This document shows, in pieces, positions 1 through 8,759 of a stretch of DNA of 64,000 bases. Source of the stretch: an uncultured Chthonomonadaceae bacterium (GTDB taxonomy: Bacteria > Armatimonadota > Chthonomonadetes > Chthonomonadales > Chthonomonadaceae). Under the pieces are notes generated by a model. The model worked only from the letters and a program-made list of their open reading frames with translations, was not told the DNA's origin and ran no database searches. The DNA lies in contig CAWFQB010000011.1 in NCBI GenBank assembly GCA_963817895.1, forward strand, positions 96,001 to 160,000, given 5' to 3'. The position numbers were made by a program, and so were the translations under genes. Numbering within the stretch: position 1 is the first letter of the stretch; each line of letters begins with the position of its first letter.

Positions 1-350
1 ACGGCAACCGCGTGTTCACTTCGGCGGGCGCGACCGCGTACAGCACCAGCAAAGCCGGTCAGGTGGCGATGATGAAAATGGCCGCTGTGGAATTGGGGCG
101 CTACAATATCCGTGTCAATGCCGTGTGTCCGGGCGCGATTCACACCAACATTGACCAGCGCACCGAAAAACGCGATACGGAGAAAATTGACCCGAAAGTG
201 GAATACGGGGACGGCAACCCTGCGCTGCATCAGGGACAGGGCGAACCCATAGACGTTGCGGATACGTGCCTGTACCTTGCCAGCGACCTGTCGCGCCATG
301 TGTCGGGCGTAGAGATTTACGTAGACGGCGCGGCTTCGCTGTTGAAATAG
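1..350 (+). CDS. SDR family oxidoreductase, C-terminal part (5' truncated by window)
   Basis: YxxxK (YSTSK), IRVNAVCPG and C-terminal 'SGVEIYVDG' SDR motifs. Confidence 0.9.
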   Translation, partial: GNRVFTSAGATAYSTSKAGQVAMMKMAAVELGRYNIRVNAVCPGAIHTNIDQRTEKRDTEKIDPKVEYGDGNPALHQGQGEPIDVADTCLYLASDLSRHVSGVEIYVDGAASLLK

Positions 351-394
351 CCCTCACCCCCGGCCCCTCTCCCGAAACAGCTTGGGAGAGGGGA
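351..394 (+). repeat. REP-like palindrome, CCCTCACCCCnnCCCCTCTCC...GGAGAGGGG family
   Basis: Hairpin cccctctccc/gggagagggg. Related copies at 887-930, 29056-29097, 51452-51500, 51704-51753, 54408-54455, 60743-60793. Confidence 0.85.
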
Positions 395-446
395 GACTGA
401 TTTTTACAAGATGAGGCTGAACAGGTAGAAGCAGATAAAGCACAAT

Positions 447-882
447 ATGCGCGTTGAACAGATTGAATACAACTCGGAAGCGTACCGCGAAGCCTTGCGG
501 TTGCGCTTCCGTATCCTGCGCGAACCGCTTGGCCTGACGTATTCGGCGGAGCAGCTTGCCGCCGACGCCCGCGACACGCATATTGTTGCGAGGGACGGGG
601 ATAAAATCGTCGGCAATCTCATCTTGACTTCTGTTGAACCGGGCGTTATGCAGATGCGGCAGGTGGCGGTGGATACCGATTACCAGGGGCAGGGCGTGGG
701 CCGCGCTCTCGTAAACTTTGCCGAAACAACAGCAGGGCAACAGGGCGCGAGTCCTGATGCTGCATGGCCGCGTGGCCGTACAGCCGTTTTACGAGCGGTT
801 AGGCTACGCGGCCTGCGGCGAACCCTTTGAAGAGGTCACATTGCCGCACATCGAAATGCGCAAATTTCTCGAAGCAGAGTAG
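447..882 (+). CDS. GNAT N-acetyltransferase (frameshift near 750)
   Basis: 'RQVAVDTDYQGQGVGRAL' acetyl-CoA motif. C-terminus (FYERLGY...PHIEMRK) is in another frame, ending TAG 880-882. Confidence 0.85.
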
Positions 883-886
883 TGGT

Positions 887-930
887 TCCCCTCTCCCATG
901 CTTTTTTGGGAGAGGGGTTAGGGGTGAGGG
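887..930 (-). repeat. REP-like palindrome, inverted copy of 351-394 family
   Basis: tcccctctcccatgcttttttgggagaggggttaggggtgaggg. Confidence 0.85.
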
Positions 931-933
931 CTA

Positions 934-3637
934 TTATTGACCGGACGGGCCGTACACGCTCCAGTCCAATATGCGGCACTGCATACTGGTGTAGCGGGTG
1001 AAGTCGGGGCCGACCATGAACATCCATTTGCCGTCCAAATGCCAGCCATCGTTAAGTTTCGTAACCAGCAGGCGGACGTGTTGGGTTTTGGTGGGCGCGA
1101 AGGTGAGCAGGTCAATCCAGCCTGCCCAATCTTTCCGTTGCGCGATTGTGCGCCATTGGCTGCCGTCGTTGGAAACTTGCAGGGCGAAGTCGCGGGGCGT
1201 GCCGCCATCTACGGCGGGAAGCGGCGTTATCACTTGCGCGTGATCGAGAACAGTTGGTTTGGGCAGATCAATTTGCAGCCAGACCGGGGTTTGTTCCGAC
1301 GTGCCCACCGTTTGCGCTTCCCAATAGGTGCGGGACGGCAGGCCGGGAACATCATCGCGCCGCTGCCATAACCCGTCAACGGCAAGCGCGGCGGGGTGCG
1401 GTTTGGTTTCCGAGGACGCGGATGCGATTGCGCCCGGTTTCGCGGCGTAGTTGCTGCCCCACGAGGCGTTCAGCAGGCGCATTGCCGCGCCAGGCGCAAC
1501 CGTGAGATAAACAGGGCTGCCGTCAACAGGAAGCGTATGCCGCCGTCCGCTTATTTTCAGCGCGACGGGATTGCCCATGAAATCAACCGCCCGCCGAACT
1601 TCGCCCTCAAACGCCAACTCATACGGAAAATCAAGCGTCCATAGGGCGACAACATCGCCCTCCGCCGAAGTTTTGCCCTCAAAGCGCAGAATCTGAATTC
1701 CGTTCTGCGGCGGCGCGGGATTGGTTACTTTGCGGCTTCCAATTTGCGCGTTCATCACGCGGAGAGCGACAGCTGCCGGTTCGGGCGTCCCCAGATTGCC
1801 GCCCCGAAAGCCGCCCTCCATCAGATACCAGGGTTCAAAGCCGTTGTGTACCGGATAAAAATAGTAGTGGTGTTCGTTGGCGATGCCTGCCGCGAAACCG
1901 TTGAGGTACTGCCGGACGACGTAGCGGGCCTGTTCCTGCCTGCCGGAGTGCGACCACGTATAACCCTGCTCGGTCTGCCACAGCGGACGCCCGTCCGCCA
2001 ACCGCTTCAGTTCCTGAAGGTAACTCGGATTGCCGAACAGTTCCCACGCCTCGCCCGGTCCCATGTACGTGTGCGTGGAAACGCCGTCCAGATACTTCAG
2101 CGCATCCAGTTCCACAATCTTTTTCAGGAACGCGATAGAATTGGGGACGCTGACGCAGGCGGGGCCGAGAATGGTACAGGTCGGGTCGGCGCGCTTCGCC
2201 CCCTTCGCGAACGGAACGAGGGCTTTGGTCGACATAATCCTGCGGCGAGTAGCGGAAGTTCGGTTCGTTTTCCACTTCCCATACTCTGCAACGATCTTTG
2301 CAATGCGTCACCATGTCGAACGCGACCTGCTCGTAATCCGCGTCCGTACACCATTGCGGGCGCTCGTTAGCCTGAAAAAACCACGACACGCCGTACTTTT
2401 TCGCCTCTCCACTCGCGCGATCTACAACCTCATCCAGCGATTTCCAGTTGGCCTTGCCCTTTTCAGGGAAATACTCGCGCATGACGTGGCTTTCCCGTAT
2501 ACGCTTTCATGCCGAGCAAACCCGCGTAGCCGTAATCCGTAGGCGCGTGTTCGGGCAGGGCGTTGGACGCGAAACCGGGCGCGGCATCCACAAGCGCGAA
2601 CCGCGTTTTGAATTCCGAAGGCGCAACCGCAGGGCTAATTTTGGCGACGGGAGCAAGGGCAAATACGACGCTGAACCAGCCTTTTCCCTTGATCTGAGCG
2701 CGGGGCAGTTCAATGGAAACCGAAACCGGCTTGCCTGCGCTCCGGTTTGGCGGGCATTGCAGGCGCGGCAATGGAAATCGCGCCGCGTTCCGGCAGGCCG
2801 GTCATACACATCCCGAACGCTCCAGCGCGACTTTGCCAATGTGAGCATAGTTTCAATCGTTCCTGCGTGGCCGGGGTAAACTGAAGATCGAAACGGACAG
2901 GCTGCGCGGTTTCAAAGAAATTGGCAAGCGTCGCGCCATAAGGCAAAAAGGCGGGCGCGGCCTGCAAGGGCTGACCGGAAGCTTTCTCAATATCGAAATG
3001 CAGCCGCATCGGTTTCTTGTTTTCGAGCAGGTTGCGGTGATAGGTATAATCCCGAAACGCGCCCATTTCGTCCAGATTGAACGGCGCGCCCCAGCCGTCG
3101 TGCCAGAACAGCGCCAGCCCGCCGTTTTGCAGATACAGGCGCGTCCGCTGCGCCCGCGTCATGCCGACAACGGGAGTCGCTTGTATCTCGCCATGTTCGC
3201 GGTACTGAATGGCTTCCGCTGCCTGTGGCCTATTGTCCTGCAAGTTCTCAACCGCCACGACATTCGGGCTTGTCGTCAAAGTCCACGATTGAAAACCGCC
3301 CAGCGCTGCGTAAGCGTAACCGTCACATGTTCCGGCTCGAATTTGTAATCAATCCGCCCTTCGCCCTTATCGCTTTTGAGCGTATAATGCGCTTCAGTGT
3401 GGATTGCCGCCGCTGCCTTCGTCCTTTTTCGTCAGCGTCCATATAATCCCGGGGCAGAATTCCAGCGGCTTTTGAAGAAGTTTCCATGCCGCCGATTTGC
3501 AGCGACGCCAAATTGCCGAGCGCGTCCACAACAGCGGTATAATGCGGCTGCGTAACCGTTCTTTGCGCGTCATGCCGACTTGCGTCAGTCCTGCCGCTCA
3601 TTCCGATTGCCAGCAACAGCCATGTGAAGGTTCTCAT
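934..3637 (-). CDS. Large secreted glycoside-hydrolase-like protein with C-terminal F5/8 type C (discoidin) domain, split by several frameshifts
   Basis: Signal-peptide-like MRTFTWLLLAIG with AAGGAG RBS. Clan GH-A-like 'WEVENEPN' and 'LWQTEQG'. Discoidin 'WLQIDL...FALQVSNDGSQW'. Pieces 3323-3670, 2710-3279, 2463-2771, 1835-2482, 934-2235. Confidence 0.7.
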
Positions 3638-3657
3638 GCGCTTGCTCCTTTTGAGAT

Positions 3658-3762
3658 TGTCTTGAACCATGATCAGGCATAATTTAGATGATTACCATGA
3701 TTGAGGAACGCGCGTTTCTCATTGCTAATCATTCCAATCATGTAAAATCCCGGTTCAGACAA
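3658..3762. repeat. Imperfect inverted repeat of ~9-nt periodic units (TGAACCATGATT... family)
   Basis: tgtcttgaaccatgat...aatcatgtaaaatcccggttcagaca. Related element at 21288-21383. Confidence 0.6.
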
Positions 3763-3774
3763 AAAACGAAACCT

Positions 3775-4682
3775 ATGCAAATCTACCAGTGTGTACCCAA
3801 TTTCAGCGAAGGGCGGCGCGGCGAAGTGGTGGAGGCGATAGCCGACTGCCATACGCGCCGTACCCGGCGCGATCCTGGCCGACTACTCCGCCGATGCCGA
3901 TCACAACCGCTGCGTGATGAGCATTTTGGGCGACGCGGACGCTATCCATAATGCCGCTCTCGCAGCGGCGCGGGTCGCTGTGGAACGCATTGACCTGCGA
4001 ACGCATCAGGGCGTTCATCCCCGCGTCGGCGCGGTAGACGTGCTGCCGGTTGTTCCCATACGCGACACCACGTTAGCGGAAGCCGCCGCGCTTGCCGAAA
4101 CCATCGGGCAAAATTTATGCCGTGAACTGAATCTGCCGGTCTATTTTTATGAGGCGAACGCCCGCCCAAATCGCTCCTCGGCCCTGCCCGAACTGCGGCG
4201 CGGCGGCTTTGAAGCCTTTGCTCGCGCTCCCTTAACCGGACAGCGCGCGCCCGATTGCGGCCCCGAATTCGCGCATCCCACAGCAGGCGTTGCGGTCGTC
4301 GGCGCGCGTAACCCACTGGTCGCCTACAACATCAACCTGAATACGCCCGATGTCGCCATTGCGCGGCAAATCGCCCGCCAGATCCGGCAGCAGCGCGACC
4401 ATCTGCCCGAACTCAACGGCGTTCGCGCCCTCGGACTGTTCCTTGCCCGCCAGAACCGCGCGCAGGTATCTCTCAATCTCACCCGCCCCGCCCAAACCCC
4501 ACTTCCCGCCGTCTTCCATTATGTGCAGGAACAGGCCGCGCAACGAGCCGTCACCGAATCTGGAAAGCGAAATCATCGGCCTGATCCCCCGCGCCTCCCT
4601 CGCCAACCTGCCCCCCGCCGCCATCCACTGGCACACCTATCAACCCACGCAAATCCTCGAATACTGGCTTCAGAAGAACTAA
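3775..4682 (+). CDS. ftcD: Glutamate formimidoyltransferase (frameshifted)
   Basis: 'CVPNFSEGR', 'HQGVHPRVGAVDVLP', 'GARNPLVAYNINL', 'SEIIGLIP'. Confidence 0.9.
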
Positions 4683-4883
4683 CCACCCGCGCTAGACACA
4701 GAGGCACAGAGGAAGCAATGGAGAAGAGGAGGACAGGAGAATGAACCGCAAGGAAGCAAAGGAAGAAAAGCAAAGGTAATCCGCGAGAATGAGAGGAACC
4801 GGTAATCGTTTGTTATCTAATTTGCTTTTCTTTGCGCTCTTTGCTTCTTTCACTCTCCTTTTCTTCCTGTGTTCGCCGTGGTT
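4681..4883. repeat. Nested purine/pyrimidine inverted repeats between convergent genes
   Basis: aaccac...acacagaggcacagagga...gcaaaggaagaaaagcaaa / tttgcttttctttgc...tcctgtgttcgccgtggtt. Confidence 0.6.
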
Positions 4884-5917
4884 TAGTTCCTATCTTCTGG
4901 TGGGAAGGCTTTGGCGTAGATTTTGGTCAGCAGGTCTACGGCGGGGCGGGCTTCGCGGCCATCCACGCGGGGCGGGCGGTGTTCGCGGACGGCTGCGTAG
5001 AAATCGCGTATTTGCGCTTCGTGGCCGGCAAGCCCGATGGCGAAGGGATCGGAACCGCCGCCCGTGTGCAGGCTTTCGGCGGCAAGCGTGGCGGTCAGAT
5101 CCTGCCCGTCCAGTCCGAAACGGACAACGCGGGCGTCTTCGAGGGCGGCGGAACCGTGTGTGCCATAAATTTCCAGCCGCGTGGCGAGGTCGGGCAGGCA
5201 GCAGGTCGTCGCTTCAATCGTGCCGCGCGCCCCACTCGCAAAGCGGACAACGGCAAACGCGAGGTCTTCCGCCGCGATGTTGTGGCCGGCGGTTTCCAGA
5301 TGCGCGAATTCCACTTCGGCAACCGGGCCGGCCAGCCATACCATCTGATCCAGCGAATGGATGCCCTGATTGGCAAGCGCGCCGCCGTCCAGTTCCCAGG
5401 TTCCGCGCCAGTCATCCTTGTCGTAATAGACCTGCGAACGCCACCATTTTACGGACATGCTGCACGATAGAATACGCCCCATGCGCCCCTCGGCAATCGC
5501 CTGCTGCACAATCTGCGCGTCCCGGCTCATGCGCCGCTGAAAAATGCAGCCCAAACGAACGTCATTCCGGTCACAGGCCGCGATAAGCCGGTCTACTTTT
5601 TCCAGATTAATGTCGAGGGGTTTTTCGCACAGGACATGGATGCCGCGTTGCGCCGCTTCGATGCCCTGCGAACCGTGCAGGCCGGAGGGCGAGCAGATGT
5701 GGACCACATCGGGCCGCGCTTCCTCCAGAAAACGGAGGTAGTCCAGCCAGAAGGCAACCTGATGCGCCGCGCCCATGCGCCGGGCGCGTTCGGGCCGATG
5801 ATCGCACACGCCGACCAGCGCCACATCGGGAATGTTGTCAATGATGTTGAGATGCTCATTGCCCATGCCGCCGCACCCGACCAATCCCACGCGCAACGCT
5901 GTAACCGCCACTCTCAT
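4883..5917 (-). CDS. Gfo/Idh/MocA family oxidoreductase
   Basis: GLVGCGGMG Rossmann motif, HVLCEKP, 'GGALANQGIHSLD'. Confidence 0.92.
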   Translation of the reverse strand: MRVAVTALRVGLVGCGGMGNEHLNIIDNIPDVALVGVCDHRPERARRMGAAHQVAFWLDYLRFLEEARPDVVHICSPSGLHGSQGIEAAQRGIHVLCEKPLDINLEKVDRLIAACDRNDVRLGCIFQRRMSRDAQIVQQAIAEGRMGRILSCSMSVKWWRSQVYYDKDDWRGTWELDGGALANQGIHSLDQMVWLAGPVAEVEFAHLETAGHNIAAEDLAFAVVRFASGARGTIEATTCCLPDLATRLEIYGTHGSAALEDARVVRFGLDGQDLTATLAAESLHTGGGSDPFAIGLAGHEAQIRDFYAAVREHRPPRVDGREARPAVDLLTKIYAKAFPPEDRN

Positions 5918-6061
5918 GCTCCGTTTCAAACAACGATGAATGATGCGGTGACCCAGAATTTCTGTCATGCCGTCATCATTCGACACCGCCGCGCCTTTTT
6001 CCTGCCTGCGCGTAATCGCAAAGAAACTGCCATATTTTGTGAATTAGAGTGACAAACAGGC

Positions 6062-6090
6062 TTGACAGGGCGCGTTCGTCCCTGTATACT
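6062..6090 (+). promoter_or_regulatory. Sigma70-type promoter of RRM gene
   Basis: TTGACA-17 nt-TATACT. Confidence 0.8.
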
Positions 6091-6177
6091 GACATATCGG
6101 TTTCAAAATATCGAGAATGGGCGACGATAAAATCGCGCTATGAATCGGCTGTGAATTGAAAGAGGAGTTTGGAAACA

Positions 6178-6558
6178 ATGGCGAAGCGCATCTATGTGGG
6201 TGGTCTGCCCTACTCGGCAACCGAGGAAGACCTGGAGAACCTGTTTTCGGCATCGGGAGCCGTCAAGGAAGTCTCCGTTATCACCGACCGCTACACGGGA
6301 CAGGCCAAAGGCTTTGGTTTTGTGGAAATGGACAACGACGCCGAGGCGGAAGCGGCTATTGCGGCCCTCAACGGCACGCTAATGGGCGGCAGAACGCTGA
6401 CCGTCAACGAGGCCAAGCCGCGTGAAGATCGCCCGCGAGGCGGCGGCGGCGGTGGTGGTTACGGCGGCAGTGGCGGCGGCTATGGCGGCGGCGGCGGTGG
6501 TGGTCGCAGCGGCGGCGGTGGCTATGGCGGCGGCGGTGGCGGACGTGACCGCTACTAA
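6178..6558 (+). CDS. RRM RNA-binding protein with glycine-rich tail
   Basis: RNP2 IYVGGL, RNP1 KGFGFVEM, GGY repeats, AGAGGAG RBS. Confidence 0.95.
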   Translation: MAKRIYVGGLPYSATEEDLENLFSASGAVKEVSVITDRYTGQAKGFGFVEMDNDAEAEAAIAALNGTLMGGRTLTVNEAKPREDRPRGGGGGGGYGGSGGGYGGGGGGGRSGGGGYGGGGGGRDRY

Positions 6559-6587
6559 TTCCACACTTCTCAACATAAATATTCGCG

Positions 6588-6621
6588 CAAGGCCGCGCTG
6601 TCATCGGACTTTGCGGCCTTT
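6588..6621 (+). terminator. Probable terminator hairpin after RRM gene
   Basis: aaggccgc...gcggcctt stem. Confidence 0.5.
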
Positions 6622-6627
6622 ACAACA

Positions 6628-6681
6628 GGGATGAAGGATAAAGGGTGATTTGTTCATCCTTCATCCTTCATCCTTCATCCT
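6628..6681. repeat. Inverted heptamer tandem repeats (GGATGAA)n/(TTCATCC)n
   Basis: Directly visible. Same pair at 57406-57532. Confidence 0.85.
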
Positions 6682-6688
6682 TTCTCTT

Positions 6689-7706
6689 ATGTCTAACCAT
6701 TCCGACCCCTCCGCGATAATGCGGCTTGCCACCGGTTACTGGAATTCCGCCACGTTGCTGGCCGCCAATGAACTCAACCTGTTTGGCGCGTTGGGAGATG
6801 CGGAAGTGACCGCGCGCGCAGGTTGCCGACCAGTTGCAGACGCCGTTGCGCTCCACGGAAATGCTGCTGAATGCCTGCGCGGGTCTGGAACTTACTGCGT
6901 AAAGCAGGAGACAAGAATGGCGCGGGACGTATGCCAACACGCCCGCTGCCGCCGCGTTCCTTGTGCCGGGTCGTCCCGGCTATTTAGGAGATGCGATTCG
7001 TTGGGGGGCGGGGCAGTACGAGGCGTGGGGCAAACTGGAACAGGCCATTCGCGCCGATGCGCCCGCCGTGCCGCCCGCCGATCATCTCGGCAGTGACCCG
7101 GAGCAGACTCGCCGCTTCGTGTTGGGGATGCACAACCGCGCGCTTGGCGTGGCGCGGGGCGTACTGCACTTTCTGGATTTCGCGGATACGACAAACCTGC
7201 TGGACGTGGGCGGCGGGCCGGGAACGTATGCCATGCTGCTGGCGCAAAAGTATCCCGCATTACAGGCCACCGTGCTGGATTTACCGGGCGTGACGCAGAT
7301 CGCGGAGGAACTAATCGCGCAGGCCGGACTTGGCGACCGCGTTCAAACCCTTGCCGGAAGCGCGATAGATACGGAATGGGGCGTTGCAGAGTACGACGGC
7401 ATTCTATTTTCCGGAGTCCTGCACCAGATGAACGGGGAAACCATTCAAAAACTGTTTGAGAAAGCGTATACGGCGTTACAACCCGGCGGCAAATTGGTCG
7501 TCAGCGACATCATGCTGGACGCGACAAAAACGCAGCCCGTTTTCGCCACGCTGTTTTCGCTGCAAATGCTGCTGACAAGCGAACAGGGCGCGGTATTCTC
7601 GGCTACAGAGTGTATAGACTGGCTGGAAAAGGCCGGGTTCACGTCCGCACAGGCGCAAACCCTGCCGCCGCCGTTGCCGTATGTGGTGGTTACGGGGAGG
7701 AAGTAG
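6689..7706 (+). CDS. SAM-dependent O-methyltransferase with dimerisation domain (frameshifted)
   Basis: 'LLDVGGGPG', 'ATVLDLP', 'LQPGGKLVVSD'. N-terminal 'LAANELNLF'. Confidence 0.88.
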
Positions 7707-7809
7707 GTTTCAGGTTTCAGGTGTCAGGTTTTAGGTATACGCGCTCTTCACGTTCAATATGAGTAGAGTAAGCAAGAAGCATTTACCTGAAACCTGACAC
7801 CTGAAACCT
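7706..7809. repeat. Inverted heptamer tandem repeats (GGTTTCA)n/(TGAAACC)n
   Basis: aggtttcaggtttcaggtgtcagg ... cctgaaacctgacacctgaaacct. Confidence 0.85.
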
Positions 7810-7812
7810 GTG

Positions 7813-8316
7813 CTATACGGCTGCCGTCGTATTCGCCAGCGCGGCTTTCGCCGTCAGGGTGATGAGCGGGAACACTTTGTCCGCTGCATCCTGCTCTTCG
7901 GCCTGAATCTGCTTTGCCAGTTGCGCGGTCTGCGTGTCGCCGATGGCTTCGGCGTAGGAGTACAGGGACTCGTACATGCCGATTTCCAGATGCTCCGTCG
8001 CGTAGGCTTTAATCAAGTCCTGCGTGGTCTTGTCTTTTTCGTCATGGAAGGGGTGTTGCGCCACATTGGCGACCTTGCCCAGTACCGTGTTCAGGAAGCC
8101 TTTGCCATCGGACGCGCCCGAACCGAGCGCAATCAGCCGTTGTTCCAGACGCTGCGCCTGGCTTTCGGTCACAGCCAGATGCTCCTGAAAAACCGCCTGA
8201 ACCTGCACGTTATCAACCTCGGCGATAAAAGTTTTAAGTGTGCCCACAATGCCGACTTCGGAAGCGTGGGCGTCCTGAATGTATCGAATCAAACGATCCT
8301 GGGGTGTTTCCGCCAT
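7813..8316 (-). CDS. DUF892 / YciE-YciF ferritin-like stress protein
   Basis: 'YIQDAHASE', 'EHLAVTESQAQRLE', 'EHLEIGMY', 'IQAEE'. Confidence 0.85.
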   Translation of the reverse strand: MAETPQDRLIRYIQDAHASEVGIVGTLKTFIAEVDNVQVQAVFQEHLAVTESQAQRLEQRLIALGSGASDGKGFLNTVLGKVANVAQHPFHDEKDKTTQDLIKAYATEHLEIGMYESLYSYAEAIGDTQTAQLAKQIQAEEQDAADKVFPLITLTAKAALANTTAAV

Positions 8317-8398
8317 TGGAAGTATCTCCTTCTTGGGTTTGGTGTTTGATCAGCGCGTCATATTGCCGCGCGCTGATAAAATTGTTGGCACAGGTAAG

Positions 8399-8424
8399 GA
8401 CGGGACGCTTAAAACGGTTGTTCC
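8399..8424 (-). promoter_or_regulatory. Putative ECF (general-stress type) promoter for DUF892 gene
   Basis: Minus strand GGAAC-17 nt-CGTC. Confidence 0.5.
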
Positions 8425-8443
8425 CTGAAAACCGCATGGATTT

Positions 8444-8563
8444 GCCAGGGGTTGAAAACCCCTGTCTGGACAGGGCAAGCGTCTTGCAGACGCAACAATC
8501 AACACAAGAATTTGCGTCTGCAAGACGCTTGCCCTTTCCTGCCGGGCATTTTCAATGTCCGGC
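8444..8563. repeat. Composite palindromic element (three hairpins), copy 1
   Basis: gccaggggttgaaaacccctg + gcaagcgtcttgcagacgcaa/ttgcgtctgcaagacgcttgc + gccgggcattttcaatgtccggc. Second copy at 60065-60198. Confidence 0.85.
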
Positions 8564-8759
8564 CTGCTATTTCACAGCAAGCGTTTTCAATACACGGCAA
8601 CACAGGTCAGCGGGAGGCAACAATGACGGACATTCTGGAAAAGCCGGTTCTGTGGGAAGCGCGAACCCCGCCCCGACGAACTGGAAACGCTGCAATCCCT
8701 GCTACCCCAACCCTGATTACTGCGGTGTTCAGGTAATTCGGCGACAGCCTGCACGAACG

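Noticed and set aside
6440..6545. (GGC)n repeat as a special element
   Set aside because: It encodes the ordinary glycine-rich tail of an RRM protein.
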